From NCBI GenBank assembly GCA_013416795.1, contig RQSC01001207.1, positions 178,145-242,144 on the forward strand: a DNA stretch of 64,000 nt. Direction: 5' to 3'. Source of the stretch: Prasinococcaceae sp. CCMP 1430 (lineage: Eukaryota; Plantae; Prasinodermophyta). This document shows, piece after piece, positions 11,000-23,058 of the stretch. The notes below the pieces were generated by a model. The model had not been told where the DNA came from, did not search any database, and was given only the letters and a program-made list of their open reading frames with translations. Numbering within the stretch: the first letter of the stretch is position 1; each line of letters opens with the position of its first letter. Position numbers and translations under genes: made by a program.

Positions 11000-12342
11000 A
11001 TGGCGCTGCTCGCGGCGGCGGCGCGCCGCGCGCGCGCGGGCGGTGCAGCGAGGCGCCTTTTAGGGTTGGGAGCCTGGCGCCGGCGGGGCGACAGGGGCGC
11101 TCGCGCGGCGTTCCCCCCCCGTGCGCGCCCGCGCCGTCGCCGCCGAGCGCGTGACTGACGCTTCACGTCGCGCCCCTGTGTCCCTTCTTCCCTCCTGCAT
11201 TAGCAGCGAGCTTCGCTGCGCGCGCGGTGAGCACGTCAGCGGCCGCTGGCGCGGACGCGCCGGCGGCGTACTCAAACCTGCAGTCTCCGTCCGTGCTCCG
11301 CCGCGGCACCGGTGGGCGCTCGTCCGTGTCGGGCCACACCGCGACCGTGTTCGGCGCGACCGGCTCCGTCGGCCGCTACCTCGTCAACGCGCTCGGCGAG
11401 ACGGGCACGCGCATCACCATCCCCGCGCGCGGCGACGAGGATGGCTGGAGGCACCTGCGCCTGATGGGCGACATCGGGCAGATCACGTTCGTGCCGTACT
11501 CCATCCGTGACAAGGACCACATCGCCGAGCTTGTGGAGGGCAGCACGCTGGTGTTCAACCTGCTCGGGCGCGACTGGGAGACACACAACTTCAGCTTCGA
11601 GGACGTCAACGTGGACGCCGCCCAGGCCGTCGCTGAGGCGTGCGCCAAGTCGAGCACCGTGCGGAGGCTGGTGCACTGCTCGGCGCTTGGCGCGTCCGCC
11701 GACTCGAAGAGCGCGCTGATGCGCTCCAAATTCGCCGGCGAGGAGGCCGTGAAGGCGGCGTACCCCGACGCCACCATCGTGCGCCCCGGTACCCTGTTCG
11801 GCCGCGGCGATAGGCTGCTCTCGAAGATGGTGACCAACATCAACAACCTGCCCTTCGTGCCGCTTGTCGAGGGCGGCAACGTGGGCCGCGTCCAGCCGAC
11901 GCACGTGGTCGATGTGGCCGTCGCCATGAAGCGCGCCTCCGACGATGTGGAGACCGTTGGCAAGACCTACGAGATCGCGGGACCGGACGTGTTCAGCTGG
12001 GGCGGCCTGTACAAGCGCGTCGCGCACGAGATGCGCGCCGACCCGACGTTCCTGCCCGTGCCGATGCCCATCGCGCGCGTGCTCGCCATGCCGCGCGACT
12101 ACATGGTCAAGAAGGCCAAGATTCCGTGGTACAAGCTCGCGCTGTCGAACACCGACTTCCTGGACAGGCTGGAGGACGACAAGATGGTGCTGTCGGGTGA
12201 GTACCCCGGCTTCGAGGAGCTGGGAGTTGTGCCGCGTCCGCTGGGCGGGCAGGCCCTGGACTACATCCGACACAGACGTTCGGGCGGATACGATGGCGGC
12301 GCCACGCTCGTGGACCTGCCGCCGCCCAGCACGCTGCGATAA
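11000..12342 (+). CDS. NDUFA9: Complex I 39-kDa subunit NDUFA9; probable 5' intron about 11043-11203
   Basis: RRGTGGRSSVSGHTATVFGATGSVGRYLVNAL...WRHLRLMGDIGQ...LLGRDWETHNFSFEDVNV. Mitochondrial-type presequence MALLAAAARRARA. Confidence 0.96.
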
Positions 12343-12608
12343 GCAGCGCCAGTTCGGCATGCAGGACCGCGCCTCAGCGCGCAAGCGCGCCCCCGTTCGC
12401 CGTGCCGTGGCGCTCGCGCCCACATTTTTGGTAACTCATTTAGCTCTCATGGGAAGCACCAGCAGCGAGAAGCAGCTGGCGCGCGCGCAGGGAGGGTGGG
12501 GCGGGGCCAGGCGTCCGCAGCCGGACAAGCGCGCGTGTTCGTTGTCGCAGACCTTCCTCTTTACGGTATGAGATGCGAGACACAGCCAAAGTCCGATGAC
12601 GCTGGCGC

Positions 12609-15119
12609 TCATTGAGGACGGAGCATCTTCAACACACCGCCGACGCCATCGCTCACCTCGGTGAGAGTTGTCATGCGCGGCGCGGCGCTGGCATTAAAGT
12701 GCACTGTCGCCGGTCGCGGGGAGAGCGCGGACATGTGCCGCTGCGACCCCGGCTGGACGGCCGATGCGGGCCTCGCGACGTGGCGCGGGCGCCGTGTGGA
12801 CGCCCCAGCACTCGTGGGCGCGCCCGCGACCGACTGTGGCCACGCGGAGCTCGGCCGCGAGCGCGTTGCCGAAGCACGCCGCGAGCGCAGCCTGCTGCTC
12901 ATCGCTGGCGCCCCAGCCGCCAGTGGCCCCGCAGGCGTAGTAGTAGCCCATAATGCCTCCTGTGCTTTGAGGTGGTGCCGCCTCTGTTGCTCCCAACGGT
13001 CGAGCGCACGGCTCGAGGCGGCCCCGCCCGTGTTGCCGGCCGTAGAGGGGCGCCTCGCTGTCGCATATGCACGCGCTGCCGAGGCCTGCGCCGCCGACAT
13101 CGGGCGTTGTCGGCCGTCCAGGTCGTCCTGCTGGCTGCGCCGCAAAACGTGTTTGTGATACGATGCCTCTTCGTGTTTGGAACGCCAGCGCCTGCGCGTA
13201 TGGCGCCACGGAGCACTTTCACTGCCTTTGCTTGCCACGGCGGCAGCGGCGGCGAGGACTGCAGCCTGCGCGCTCGTTATTCCCCGCAACATCTCTGCGG
13301 TCTTCCCAGCGAGGGTACCGTCGAGCGGCACGCTGCCGCGAGGAGGCGTTGGCGCGCGCATCATCATGCTGTCTTCAGGCGCAATGCCCGTTGCGTTGCC
13401 GGGCCTTGCCTCGCGGGCAGCGAGGTCTCTCGCCCGCGCGGCGTCGCGCTGCGCTGCACGCTGCTGCACGCCGAGCACTGCAGCCGTGTGTGGACGCACG
13501 ATCGATGATGCCAACGATGCACCCTGCGCGGCCACGGCGGTCCGTGGGCGGCGCCGCGCTGCAGAAGCAACTGCGCGTTCGTCGGCCTCGCTTGGTACGC
13601 GCACAGGCACGACCATCCAGGGCGGCACGGGCGTGCTGTCGTCGGAGGCGGGCACCGCGACTGCGTCACCGGTATTGAGCGGATCGGCCCAAGTTGTGGT
13701 GTCCAGACAACCCCTCGCAGATTGCGGACGCAGTTGCGGCCCGACCTGCTGCCTCTGCTGCTGCCCTCCGTCTTGAGAAGGTCCCTCCTGCTGGCGCAGA
13801 TCGTGCTGCAACCCATCGGCATGCTTCTCCTCCGCCGCGCTCGTTTCCCCTCCGTCAATGACAATATTCCTGTCAGTTAGGATGCCAGCCCTGCTGCTCG
13901 CCCTGCTGCCAGCGCTACTGCCAGAGCTGCTGCCAGCAACTTCGCCACCCGCCTCAGGTATGATGTGCCTCTGCAGCGGCACACGCGAGTGGAACGGCCT
14001 AGCCACGCGCTGCGGGACAACACAAACACTGCTGCTTGTGCGCACAGCCGTGGAGGTACGGTCAGCGCCTGGATCGCCGGTGCGCATGCGTGCTGGCCAC
14101 CGCACGCGCCCCGTGCGCGCTCCAACGCACCTCTCGCTGCCATTTTCTCCCACCTTTACGGCGTACTCCTTGGTGACGACGTAGCCCCGGGTGACGTTGT
14201 GCACGTACACGGCGGGCACGTCGAAGTGCTCCAATTGCGTGGAGTCGGACGACTGCAGCCTCGTGGGAAACTCGGAAGGCTGTTGTGACTTGGGGCGCTC
14301 TGCCAATGGCACGCGCCCGCTCGTCCGCCCGGGTGAGTGCGCATGCGTTTCCTCCTGCTGCTGTCGTTCGCCCGCCTCTCCTACCTGCTTCTCTTGCTGC
14401 GGCGATTGCTGCGCAGGCGCTGCCCCTCCGTGCGGGTGCTCCGGCGCTCGCGCACCCTCATGCCCGCCACTTGCGATGCCGTCTTCGTTGCTGTCGCCAC
14501 CCTCAGCACCCTCCTGAGCGCTGGGGTCCGCGTCGCCTTCGTCATTGTCGGCGTCGCTCCCCGCTGGCTCAATTGGCGCGAGGGGCTCCGCGGCGGCAGC
14601 GTGTTCGTGCACCTGCATCTCAGCCACGGCCGATGCGACGCTGTCTCGCGGCCGCGCGCTCTGCGGGCGGCGGCGTTGATCCGGTGTCGTCTCGCCGGCT
14701 GCTGCGCCGCCCGCGGCCGCCGCTCGTGCTTCAGCGGAGGCCACCTCCGGCGCCGACGCGCCAGGATCATTGCCCGCGTGTCCGTGTGGACGGGAAGGCT
14801 GCGTAGGCGCCGCGCCGTCCTCGGTCTGTTTAGGCACTGGAAGCGAGGGCGCCTCGTCGAACTCTGCCGGCCGCGAGGGCGCCGTTGGCGGTTGCGCCGA
14901 TGCCGGCCGGAGAGGGCGATGCGCGCGCTCCGCGAGCCGCGCCTCGAGCTCGGCACGATCCCGCTGCCGCTGCAGGGTGAATGCGTCCGCGCGCGCGCGG
15001 CGGGGGTCCGCCGGCTGCCAGTCCAGGAGCTTGTCGTCGGTGCCTCGCGACGAGCGCGCGCTGCTCGGTCGGCTGCTGACCACGCCCAGCGCCGCGCGCG
15101 CGGACTCGTCGTCGTCCAT
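12609..15119 (-). CDS. Large low-complexity protein with many RPx[S/T]A motifs; function unknown
   Basis: Long open frame from ATG 15119 ([12 protein letters not shown]), with motifs [35 protein letters not shown]. Possible in-frame intron near 14030-14153. Confidence 0.62.
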   Translation of the reverse strand: MDDDESARAALGVVSSRPSSARSSRGTDDKLLDWQPADPRRARADAFTLQRQRDRAELEARLAERAHRPLRPASAQPPTAPSRPAEFDEAPSLPVPKQTEDGAAPTQPSRPHGHAGNDPGASAPEVASAEARAAAAGGAAAGETTPDQRRRPQSARPRDSVASAVAEMQVHEHAAAAEPLAPIEPAGSDADNDEGDADPSAQEGAEGGDSNEDGIASGGHEGARAPEHPHGGAAPAQQSPQQEKQVGEAGERQQQEETHAHSPGRTSGRVPLAERPKSQQPSEFPTRLQSSDSTQLEHFDVPAVYVHNVTRGYVVTKEYAVKVGENGSERCVGARTGRVRWPARMRTGDPGADRTSTAVRTSSSVCVVPQRVARPFHSRVPLQRHIIPEAGGEVAGSSSGSSAGSRASSRAGILTDRNIVIDGGETSAAEEKHADGLQHDLRQQEGPSQDGGQQQRQQVGPQLRPQSARGCLDTTTWADPLNTGDAVAVPASDDSTPVPPWMVVPVRVPSEADERAVASAARRRPRTAVAAQGASLASSIVRPHTAAVLGVQQRAAQRDAARARDLAAREARPGNATGIAPEDSMMMRAPTPPRGSVPLDGTLAGKTAEMLRGITSAQAAVLAAAAAVASKGSESAPWRHTRRRWRSKHEEASYHKHVLRRSQQDDLDGRQRPMSAAQASAARAYATARRPSTAGNTGGAASSRALDRWEQQRRHHLKAQEALWATTTPAGPLAAGAPAMSSRLRSRRASATRSRPSSAWPQSVAGAPTSAGASTRRPRHVARPASAVQPGSQRHMSALSPRPATVHFNASAAPRMTTLTEVSDGVGGVLKMLRPQ

Positions 15120-15317
15120 CGCGCCACCGCGGCTGGAGCCGCCGCGATGGCGTCCGGCAGACGCAAGCCCTGGCGCGCGCGCAGCGAAGCGCTTTACTGA
15201 ATGCGTTTTGTTTTGACCTGCGTGTGTACCCCGATTGGTTAGCGCCGCCGCCGCGCGGCGCGCGGCCTGTGCCGCCGCACCAAACCGCTCCCCGCCCGCT
15301 CGCCGCACACGCGTGCT

Positions 15318-15440
15318 CACACACACACACACACACACACACGCACGCACACACACACACACACACACGCACGCACACACACACACACACACACACGCAC
15401 ACACACGCACACACACGCACACGCACACACGCACGCTCAC
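15318..15440. repeat. Imperfect (CA)n/(CACG)n microsatellite
   Basis: Directly visible acacacac/cacgcac run. Confidence 0.95.
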
Positions 15441-15980
15441 GCGCGCGCGCGCGCAGGCGCGCGCGTCCGTCCTGCTGCCGCCGTCGGCGGCGCCGCAGGC
15501 AGGCAGGCCGGCGCGCGGGTCAACCGTCGGCGCGGCGGCGCCGGGAACGGCTAGTTCGGCGGCGCGCCGTCGTTTGATGGCGTTTCGCATGCGAGCGTTC
15601 CCCGACCGCGCGCGCGCCCCAAAAAAGCGTTTCGGAGTGTTTTCCGAAGGGAAATGGCACACAGTGGGAGAAGGGGCGCGGCAGCGGCCGGCGGCGCACT
15701 CGGGCGGCGGCGGCAGGAGAGGGGGTGGGGGGGCAGAGCTCGCGCCAATCGCGGGATTCCGACGCCGCAGCGGAGCCTTCCTGCTCGCTCAGGCTCTCGC
15801 CTCGCGACCAGCTCGATCGTCTCGGCGCGGGGGGCCGCGCAGCGGCGCCGGCGGCGCCGGCGCCAGCGGCCGCAGCGCGCCGGCGCGGGCACGATCGGCC
15901 GCGGCGCGAGGAGCGCGAGGACGCAGCAGCGCTGACCGCATCGGTCAAACAGCCGGCCAGCGCCACGCCGGCTTGCAGCG

Positions 15981-17407
15981 ATGGTGCGCATCACAGAGAG
16001 CATGATACGCAAGCGCGCTGAACACAACGAGGGCATGATCTCCACGCTCGAGGAGGTGTCGCTGCACCAGCAGGAGATCGAGCGCATAGAGCACCTCGAC
16101 AAGTGGTGTCGAGAGCTGCGAATAGTGTACCTTCAGAACAACCTCATCCAGCGCATCGAGAACGTGGCGCGGCTGAAGATGCTGGAGTATCTCAACCTGG
16201 CTCTGAACGCCATCAAGCGCATCGAGGGGCTCACGCGGTGCGAGAGCCTCAAGAAGCTCGACCTGACCGTCAACTTCATCGACGTGCCCGAAGGGCTGCT
16301 GTCGGTGGCCGAGCTCAGCGCCAACGAAAAGCTCGAGGACCTGTACCTCACCGGCAACCCGTGCACCTCGTATGAAGGCTACCGAGAGTTCGTGGTGGCC
16401 AGCTTGCCCAGCCTGCAACGCCTCGACGGCACGGACGTGGTGCCCTCCGAGCGCATCGCTGCCACTCAAAGGCTTGAGGCCATCCGCATGGACCTGGAGG
16501 CCATGCGCGACGCGGGTGTGCGTGGCGTGGACATTCGCGACGAGGGCACGTACAACTACACAGCGGAGGAACGCCTGGCTGACCATGCAGAGGAGGTCGC
16601 CAAGAAAGAAGCCGATGCTGAGGCCGAGCGCAAGGCCAAGAAACCCACGCCGTGGGACTCAAAAGCGAAACCGCGTCGCGAGGGCTTTGACGAGCTGCCA
16701 GAGGACCTCAACTCGGTCTACCAGAAGAATGAGGGTGCGTGCAGGCTGCGTGCGTGCGTGCGCGTAACCCCCTGAGTGGGCGAGCTGGGCAAAACCATGA
16801 CGCGGACGCCTCGCTCGCTCGCGTGGGCGCCTGCAATGTCGCTGACTCTGACGCTGGCTCGCATTTCCGGTTGGTCGCAGGCGAGTGGGACTTCACGTTG
16901 CGGGAGACGGAGGATGGCAAGGCACTCGCGCTCGAGGTGATGATAGGAAAGTTCATGGACACATCTTTGGTGGACATCGATGTGCGGCCAAGCCTCGTGC
17001 GGCTGCTCATTAAGGGCAAGCTGCTGCAGCTCAAGCTCGAGGCCGACGTGTGCTCCGACAGGTGCGTGAAATTCAGCGGCGACGCCGAAAGCCTTGGCAC
17101 TCGCGCAAGTGCTGACCGTATCTTTCCGCGTGTGCCACGCGCGCGCACGCGCGCGCGTAGGGCGAGCGCACAGCGCTCGAAGGTCTCGGGCGCCTTGTTG
17201 CTCACAATGCCCCTCGCGGACCCCGAGAAAGCGGTGCTCTCCGTGCAGGGACGCACGCGGCCTAAGGACAGCGGCGACTCGAGCGCTGCCGCCGTCGTCG
17301 CTTCGAGGGCAGCGCCCGTCGGCACCGCGGCGGTGGTGGAGGCAGTAGGCAGTTCCGATTCGGACGCGGACGAGCCCCCATTGTTGGACGGCGTGACGCT
17401 CGCTTGA
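15981..17407 (+). CDS. DNAAF11: Axonemal dynein assembly factor LRRC6/DNAAF11; introns 16735-16880 and 17062-17160
   Basis: [56 protein letters not shown]...LDLTVNFI; QKNEG/EWDF; [16 protein letters not shown]-like domain. Confidence 0.96.
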
Positions 17408-17549
17408 GGAGAAACGCTGTGTGCACCAGGCGCCTTTTCCACACGACTAATTTCTAATAAGACCCCAGACATCTCACGCTCGCAGGCAGGCGCGAGCTGC
17501 AGCGCGCGCGCGCGCGTGCTTGCGTGCGCAAGTGTTGGAACTCGTGCTC

Positions 17550-19108
17550 TTAGCGCGCCGCCATGACTCGATCCACGACCGCCTCCGCCGTGGAGTCGCC
17601 GCTCGCGCGCGCGGCCGCCTTGGCGAGGAAGAAGGCCTTCTCGGCGTCGGAGCTCTTCCCGAGATCGCGGAGCAGCCCGCCCTTGGCGAGATATCCGCGC
17701 CAGTCCTTGGGTCGCTCCTTGATGAGCCCCTCGAAGAGCACCAGCGCGTCGCCGGGCTTGTTCCACGCTGCATACGCCTTCCCCAGGAGCAGGTCGAGCT
17801 GCGTGAGGTCTGCGCCCGTCAGAAGCACAGTGCCGTCGACCCCCTCGAACAAGCCCGCCGCGGCGGCGCTCTCCTGCGAGATCGCCATCGTGTGCGAGTG
17901 GATATGCGCGTTCGCGCGCGCGCGCGCGTGTGTGCGCGCGATCGCCGCGTGTCGCGTCAGTGCGTGCGCCGCAGCGGACCGAAGGCGGCCTTGCGCGCAG
18001 GCGCGCGCGCGCTCGCGTCCACCGACTTCCGCACCTCGGCGCTGCGCCTGCGCTCCGTGCTTGTTTTCTTGGCCTTGAGCAGCTGCGCGACGGCCTCGCC
18101 TGGCTTGCCGTCGGCAATGTACGCGTCCGTGAGCCCCTGCAGCACGTCGATGTCATCGAGCACCGACGCGTCCGCGGCGGCGACGTACGCGCGCGCCGCG
18201 CCCGCCGCGTCGCCGCGGTTGAAGCGCACCTCGCCCAGCAGCCGCAGCGCCTCGCGGTCGCCCTCGCGCATCTCCGTGAGCTTCACGAGCGCGTCCTCCG
18301 CCCTGTCGAGCTGACCGAGCTCGGCGAACGATACCGCAAGGCCCTCGAGCGCCTCGGTGTCCGCAGCGTCAGCGGCCACGCGCCCTTCGAACGCGGCGAC
18401 CTGCGCCAGCAGCTGCTTGCGGTCCGCCGCCGACAGCTGCTGCGCCTGCGCCTGGACCTGCTCGCCCGCCACGTCCCTGCTGAACGCGCCCGAGCCCAAG
18501 TCGGACAGCGAGTAAAGCCCCGTGGCGGCGACGAAGACGAACGCCAAGGCCGCCGCGAGCGCGCGGACGCCCTCGGCGCCCGCCTCAGCCTCGGCGGCGC
18601 GCGCGTCCGCGTTGGGCGTGTCGAAGACGGGCGTGCCAGCCGGGCGCGCGGCCTGCGCCTGCGCGGCGGTGGGCGCCGCGCTGCCTCCTCCCGTCTGCTC
18701 CTCCAGCGCCTTGAGCCGCGCCTCGAAGGCGGCATCGCCAACACCCGCGTTGGCGTCGCCGCGTCCCACCACGGCGTCCTTCCCGCGCTGCACGTTGAAG
18801 TCGGCGTCGACTGCGTCGCCGACGTCCATGGGCATGTCGACCACCACCGCCTCCTTGTACTCGGCGCCCACGCCCGGCGCGGTGTCCACCGTCGGCACCC
18901 TGAGCTCCATCGGCTTCTCGGGCTCCTCGATGCGCCGCGCGTCGCTGCCGCCGCCGCCGCGGCCGCCCCTGCGCCCTTTCTTGCGCGCGCCGCCCCCGCC
19001 CTTGGAGGGGGCCTTGCCGCCCCCCCCGGCGCCGCCGAACCCCTTGCCCAGCGCAGCCGCGCAGCCGCACCCCCGCCCCGCCCCGCGCCCCGCCGCGCCG
19101 CGCGCGCG
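17550..19108 (-). CDS. Membrane-anchored TPR protein of plant thylakoid type; intron 17874-18034; start not resolved
   Basis: KGFG motif, TM helix ALAAALAFVFVAATGLYSL, TPR helices, C-terminal LDLLLGKAYAAW...DWRGYLAKGGLLRDLGKSSDAEKAFFLAK as in the plant plastid TPR family. Confidence 0.82.
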
Positions 19109-19196
19109 CTGTGGATAAACCCGCCCGGGAGAAAAAACTCACACACACAGTCACACACACACGAGGGTTTTAGGTTAAGGTTTTGTTTAATTAGGA

Positions 19197-19280
19197 TAGG
19201 GTTTATCTTGGCGCCGAGCGTGGCGCGGCCACGTGTGTGTCGCTGTCGAGGGCGTCTTCGGGTACGAATCATTAGGGTTT
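19197..19280. promoter_or_regulatory. Telobox-like motifs (TAGGGTTT) in an AT-rich bidirectional promoter
   Basis: Exact TAGGGTTT at 19197 and 19273. Further exact copies at 52626 (AAACCCTA) and 56331; (TTAGGG)2 at 37961. Confidence 0.5.
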
Positions 19281-19419
19281 GATAAACGAGCGCGGCGGGT
19301 GCAATGTGACGCGCGACTCGGGCTCGACGCGGGCGCTCGGCGAGGGAGGGGGTTGAGGTTCGGCGCGCGCGCGCGCGCGCGCGCGCGTGCGGCCCTCGCG
19401 CGCCCGTGTGTGTGCGCGC

Positions 19420-19564
19420 GCGCGCGCGTGTGCGTGTGCGTGTGTGCGTGTGCGTGTGCGTGTGCGTGCGTGTGTGTGTGTGTGTGCGTGCGTGTGTGTG
19501 TATGTGTGTGTGTGTGTGTGTGTGTGCGTGCGTGTGTGTGTGTGTGTGTGCGTGTGTGTGTGTG
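19420..19564. repeat. (GT)n/(GTGC)n microsatellite ending at an N-gap
   Basis: Directly visible. Confidence 0.95.
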
Positions 19565-19575
19565 NNNNNNNNNNN

Positions 19576-19578
19576 GTC

Positions 19579-19609
<31 letters not shown>

Positions 19610-21266
19610 ACGACGTCCACGCCCGCGTCGGCGCCGGCGCCCTCGTCGCTGTCCGCGACGACGGGCGGCGCGTTCTCCGGCCGCACGCGCATCTCCGACC
19701 TGACGCGCTGCGAGGGCGCGGCGCGAGAGGCGCTGCTGGGCGGCGAGGTGGTGGTGAGGGGCTGGGTGCGGTCCGTGCGCGCGCAGAAGACGCGCGCGTT
19801 CGTCGACGTGAACGACGGCTCGACGCTGGGCGGCCTGCAGCTCGTGGTGGGCGAGGGGTGCGAGGGGTGGGAGGAGTGCGCCGCGGGCGGGAGCGTGGCG
19901 ACGGGGGCGAGCGTGTGCGCGCGCGGCACGCTGGTGGCGGCGCGCGGCGGCGACGGCGAGGGCGTCGAGGTGGCCGTCGAGGAGCTCGCCGTCGTGGGCG
20001 GCGCGGACGCGAGCTACCCGCTGCAGAAGAAGCGCCACACGCTCGAGTTCCTGCGCGGCGTCGCGCACCTGCGCCCCCGCACCAACACCATCGGCGCGGC
20101 CGCGCGCGTGCGCTCGCGCCTCGCGCTCGCCACGCACGAGTTCTTCGGCGGCAACGGCTTCGCCTACGTGCACACGCCCATCGTGACCGCCTCAGACTGC
20201 GAGGGCGCCGGCGAGCAGTTCGCCGTCACCACGCTCGTGCCGCAGGGCGGCGACATGTCGGCGGCGCCCACCACCGACTCAGGCGCGCTCGACTTCGCCG
20301 AGGACTTCTTCGGCAAGCAGAGCTTCCTGACCGTGTCGGGGCAGCTCAACGCCGAGGCGTACGCCACGGCGCTGCGCGACGTGTACACCTTCGGCCCCAC
20401 CTTCCGCGCGGAGAACTCCAACACGTCGCGCCACCTCGCCGAGTTCTGGATGATCGAGCCCGAGATGGCCTTCGCCGACCTGGCGGACGACATGGCGTGC
20501 GCCGAGGCCTACCTCAAGCACTGCGTGGCCTCCGTGCTCGAGCACTGCGCGGAGGACCTCGAATTCTTCGACAAGCGCATCGAGAAGGGCTTGAAGGACA
20601 AGCTCACCAAGGTCGTGGAGGCGCCCTTCCGCCGCATCTCGTACACGGAGGCCGTGGACACGCTGCAGGCGGCCGTCGAGAACGGGCACGAGTTCGAGTT
20701 CCCCGTCGAGTGGGGCTCCGACCTGCAGAGCGAGCACGAGCGCTACCTGTCCGAGGTGGTGTGCGAGGGCGCGCCGGCCATCGTGTACGACTACCCCGCG
20801 GGCATCAAGGCCTTCTACATGCGCATGAACGACGACCAGAAGACGGTGGCGGCGATGGACCTGTTGGTGCCGCGCGTGGGAGAGCTCATCGGCGGCTCGC
20901 AGCGCGAGGAGCGCCTCGACGTGCTCGAGGAGCGCCTCGAGGCCGTCGGCCTCGACAAGGAGGCCTACTGGTGGTACCTCGACCTCAGGCGCTACGGCAC
21001 GGTGCCGCACGCCGGCTTCGGGCTGGGCTTTGAGAGGCTAGTGTGCTTCTGCACGGGCATCGGTGCGTGTGTGCGCTCACGCGCGCGCGCGCACCCTCGC
21101 CCGCGCGCGCACCCGCGTACCCGCTTTGCGCGCTCATCGCATGCTAATCGCACACGCGCGCACACGCACTTTCGCACGGCGCACACGCGCGCTTCACACG
21201 CCCCTTGCAGAGAACATCCGCGACGTCATCCCCTTCCCGCGCTACCCTGGCTCGGCGCAGTTCTAG
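19576..21266 (+). CDS. asnS: Asparaginyl-tRNA synthetase, organellar type; intron 21063-21210; N-terminus lost in gap
   Basis: [23 protein letters not shown]...[17 protein letters not shown]...DCEGAGEQF...[27 protein letters not shown]...[12 protein letters not shown] / [14 protein letters not shown]. Confidence 0.97.
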
Positions 21267-21391
21267 GCGCCGCGAGGCTCATGGTAAAATTGTCTCAAGC
21301 CACATGCTCGCCCTCGCTCGTGCGCGCGGTGCGGACGAATGCGCGCGCGCGCGCGCGTCCGCGCGCGCGCGTGTGTGCAGCACTCTTGTCG

Positions 21392-22780
21392 CTACGCCGT
21401 CGAGATGGAGATGGCCGGCGCCGCGGGCGCTTGCGACACCTGCTTGACCGCATCCGATCTGCCTCGGGCGTTTCCGCGTCTCCTCCTCCACCAGCTCACG
21501 CCGAGAGCAGCCGCCAACGCAGCCGCCAACGCCGCGCCACCCCCTGCGAGCCCCGCCACCAGCTGTGCCGAGCCGCCGCTGGTCGTCTGAGCGCTCACCG
21601 CGGCACCGTCTGCCCCCGCGCCCTGCTGATGTAGTTGTGCCGAATCGCCGCTGCTCGTCTGCACTTCCATCGTGGCACCGCCTGTCCCTTCGACCTGCAG
21701 ATGCTGCGAGCACGCGCCGACGTCGAGCCGTACGAGCTCGTCACTTCCGTAGCCAACGGACACGAGCGCCTCGAACGCGTCGGCGAAGTCCTCCAGCCAG
21801 GCTGTGTTGTTGTCGGCGTAGCGGTCGACGATGGCGCGCGTTTGCGGAAACGGCTCGCACTGGCCCCGCTCGCCACACTGATGCGCGCGCGCGTTTGCGC
21901 TCGAGTGGACGTCGTAGGCGAGCGTCATGTCCGCGTCGAGCATGAGCCGCGTGGTGGGACCGCGCTGCCAGTTCGAGCCCGTCCCGCCCGGAGCATCGCG
22001 CCGGGCCCATCGTTTGTCGACGAGCTCGATGAAGTAGGCGTTGTCGAGCACGGCGGGCCGCGGCGTCCACGAACTCTCGCTCGCAAAGCCGACGCCGCTA
22101 CAGCTGGGGCGCGCGTGCCCCAGCGTGTGCGCACCAAAGAGGGCCACGCCCTGCGCGAGCGTCAGCCCGAGCTGGTCCTCGAAGTACGTGCGTAGCACCT
22201 CCAAGTCAGCGTGCGCAGATGGCAGCCGCCCTGCGCCTGCCTCGCAGCCCGCAGCGCCGGCGTCGACGCGACCGTAGGACCAGCCGAGCCGCGCGTCGAG
22301 CATCCCCGTCGGATCGGCTGCGACGAGCGCCTCGCGCGCGAAGAGCGCCCACGCGTCTGCGCGGCCCACCAGCGCGCAGTGCCGCCGCCAGAGAGGCTCC
22401 AGAGCGGCCGCGACTGCGCTGCCCGCGTGCAGCAGCCCCTCGTTGTCCGAGCGGCCATTGTGCACGACCGCGCGGCTCAGACAGCCGTCAGCCCCGAGGC
22501 GCTCGCCCGGCGGCGCAGACGCGTCGTACTCCCCAACGTCATGGAATGCCAGTCGCACGGCGCCCCCGAGCAGGGCAGCGCGCGCGTTGGCGTCGGCGCG
22601 TGCCGTCGCTGCGAACGCGCGTGCGAAGCCCTCGCGCAGCTCCTCGTACACGCCGCACGCCTCCTCGGCGCCCGAGCGCGCGTGCAGCTGCCCCGCGCCG
22701 CCCGCCGCGCAGGGCTCGTCGGAGATCCTCCCCCCGCTCGCCGCCACCGCCGGGCACACGCGCTCGCGCGACGACGCCAT
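21392..22780 (-). CDS. Heme peroxidase (APX/CcP-related, hybrid type) with C-terminal transmembrane anchor
   Basis: Distal RLAFHD, GADG, GRVDA, GRLPSA, proximal [21 protein letters not shown]. Hydrophobic [25 protein letters not shown] followed by RRRRG. Confidence 0.9.
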   Translation of the reverse strand: MASSRERVCPAVAASGGRISDEPCAAGGAGQLHARSGAEEACGVYEELREGFARAFAATARADANARAALLGGAVRLAFHDVGEYDASAPPGERLGADGCLSRAVVHNGRSDNEGLLHAGSAVAAALEPLWRRHCALVGRADAWALFAREALVAADPTGMLDARLGWSYGRVDAGAAGCEAGAGRLPSAHADLEVLRTYFEDQLGLTLAQGVALFGAHTLGHARPSCSGVGFASESSWTPRPAVLDNAYFIELVDKRWARRDAPGGTGSNWQRGPTTRLMLDADMTLAYDVHSSANARAHQCGERGQCEPFPQTRAIVDRYADNNTAWLEDFADAFEALVSVGYGSDELVRLDVGACSQHLQVEGTGGATMEVQTSSGDSAQLHQQGAGADGAAVSAQTTSGGSAQLVAGLAGGGAALAAALAAALGVSWWRRRRGNARGRSDAVKQVSQAPAAPAISISTA

Positions 22781-22882
22781 CGCCGCCGGCGCCGGCGTGT
22801 GCCTCGCACACGCCCGCGCGCGCTGTGGCAAGCTCCCCCCGCCGCGTGGGGGAACCCGCGCGCCGCGCGCGACCGCGAAAAA

Positions 22883-23058
22883 GCATGCGAAAACGCCATC
22901 AAACGATGCATGCGAAGTTGCCATCAGAATCAACAGGCGGCCGGCGCGAAAAGGCATGCGAAAACGCCATCAAACGATGCATGCGAAGTTGCCATCAGAA
23001 TCGGCTTCGGAGGTCTCTCATCAAAGCCGTGTCGAAAACGCATGCGAACGCGCCATCA
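22883..23058. repeat. Five-copy array of GCATGCGAA-N3-GCCATCA, including a near-perfect 55-bp direct repeat
   Basis: Copies begin at 22883, 22908, 22954, 22979 and 23040. Confidence 0.92.

Noticed and set aside
21339-21590. Small plus-strand ORF downstream of AsnRS
   Set aside because: Antisense to the peroxidase C-terminal coding region; no independent evidence
22883-23058. Possible CRISPR array
   Set aside because: Eukaryotic context, no cas genes, and the linkers are short and themselves repeated rather than unique spacers
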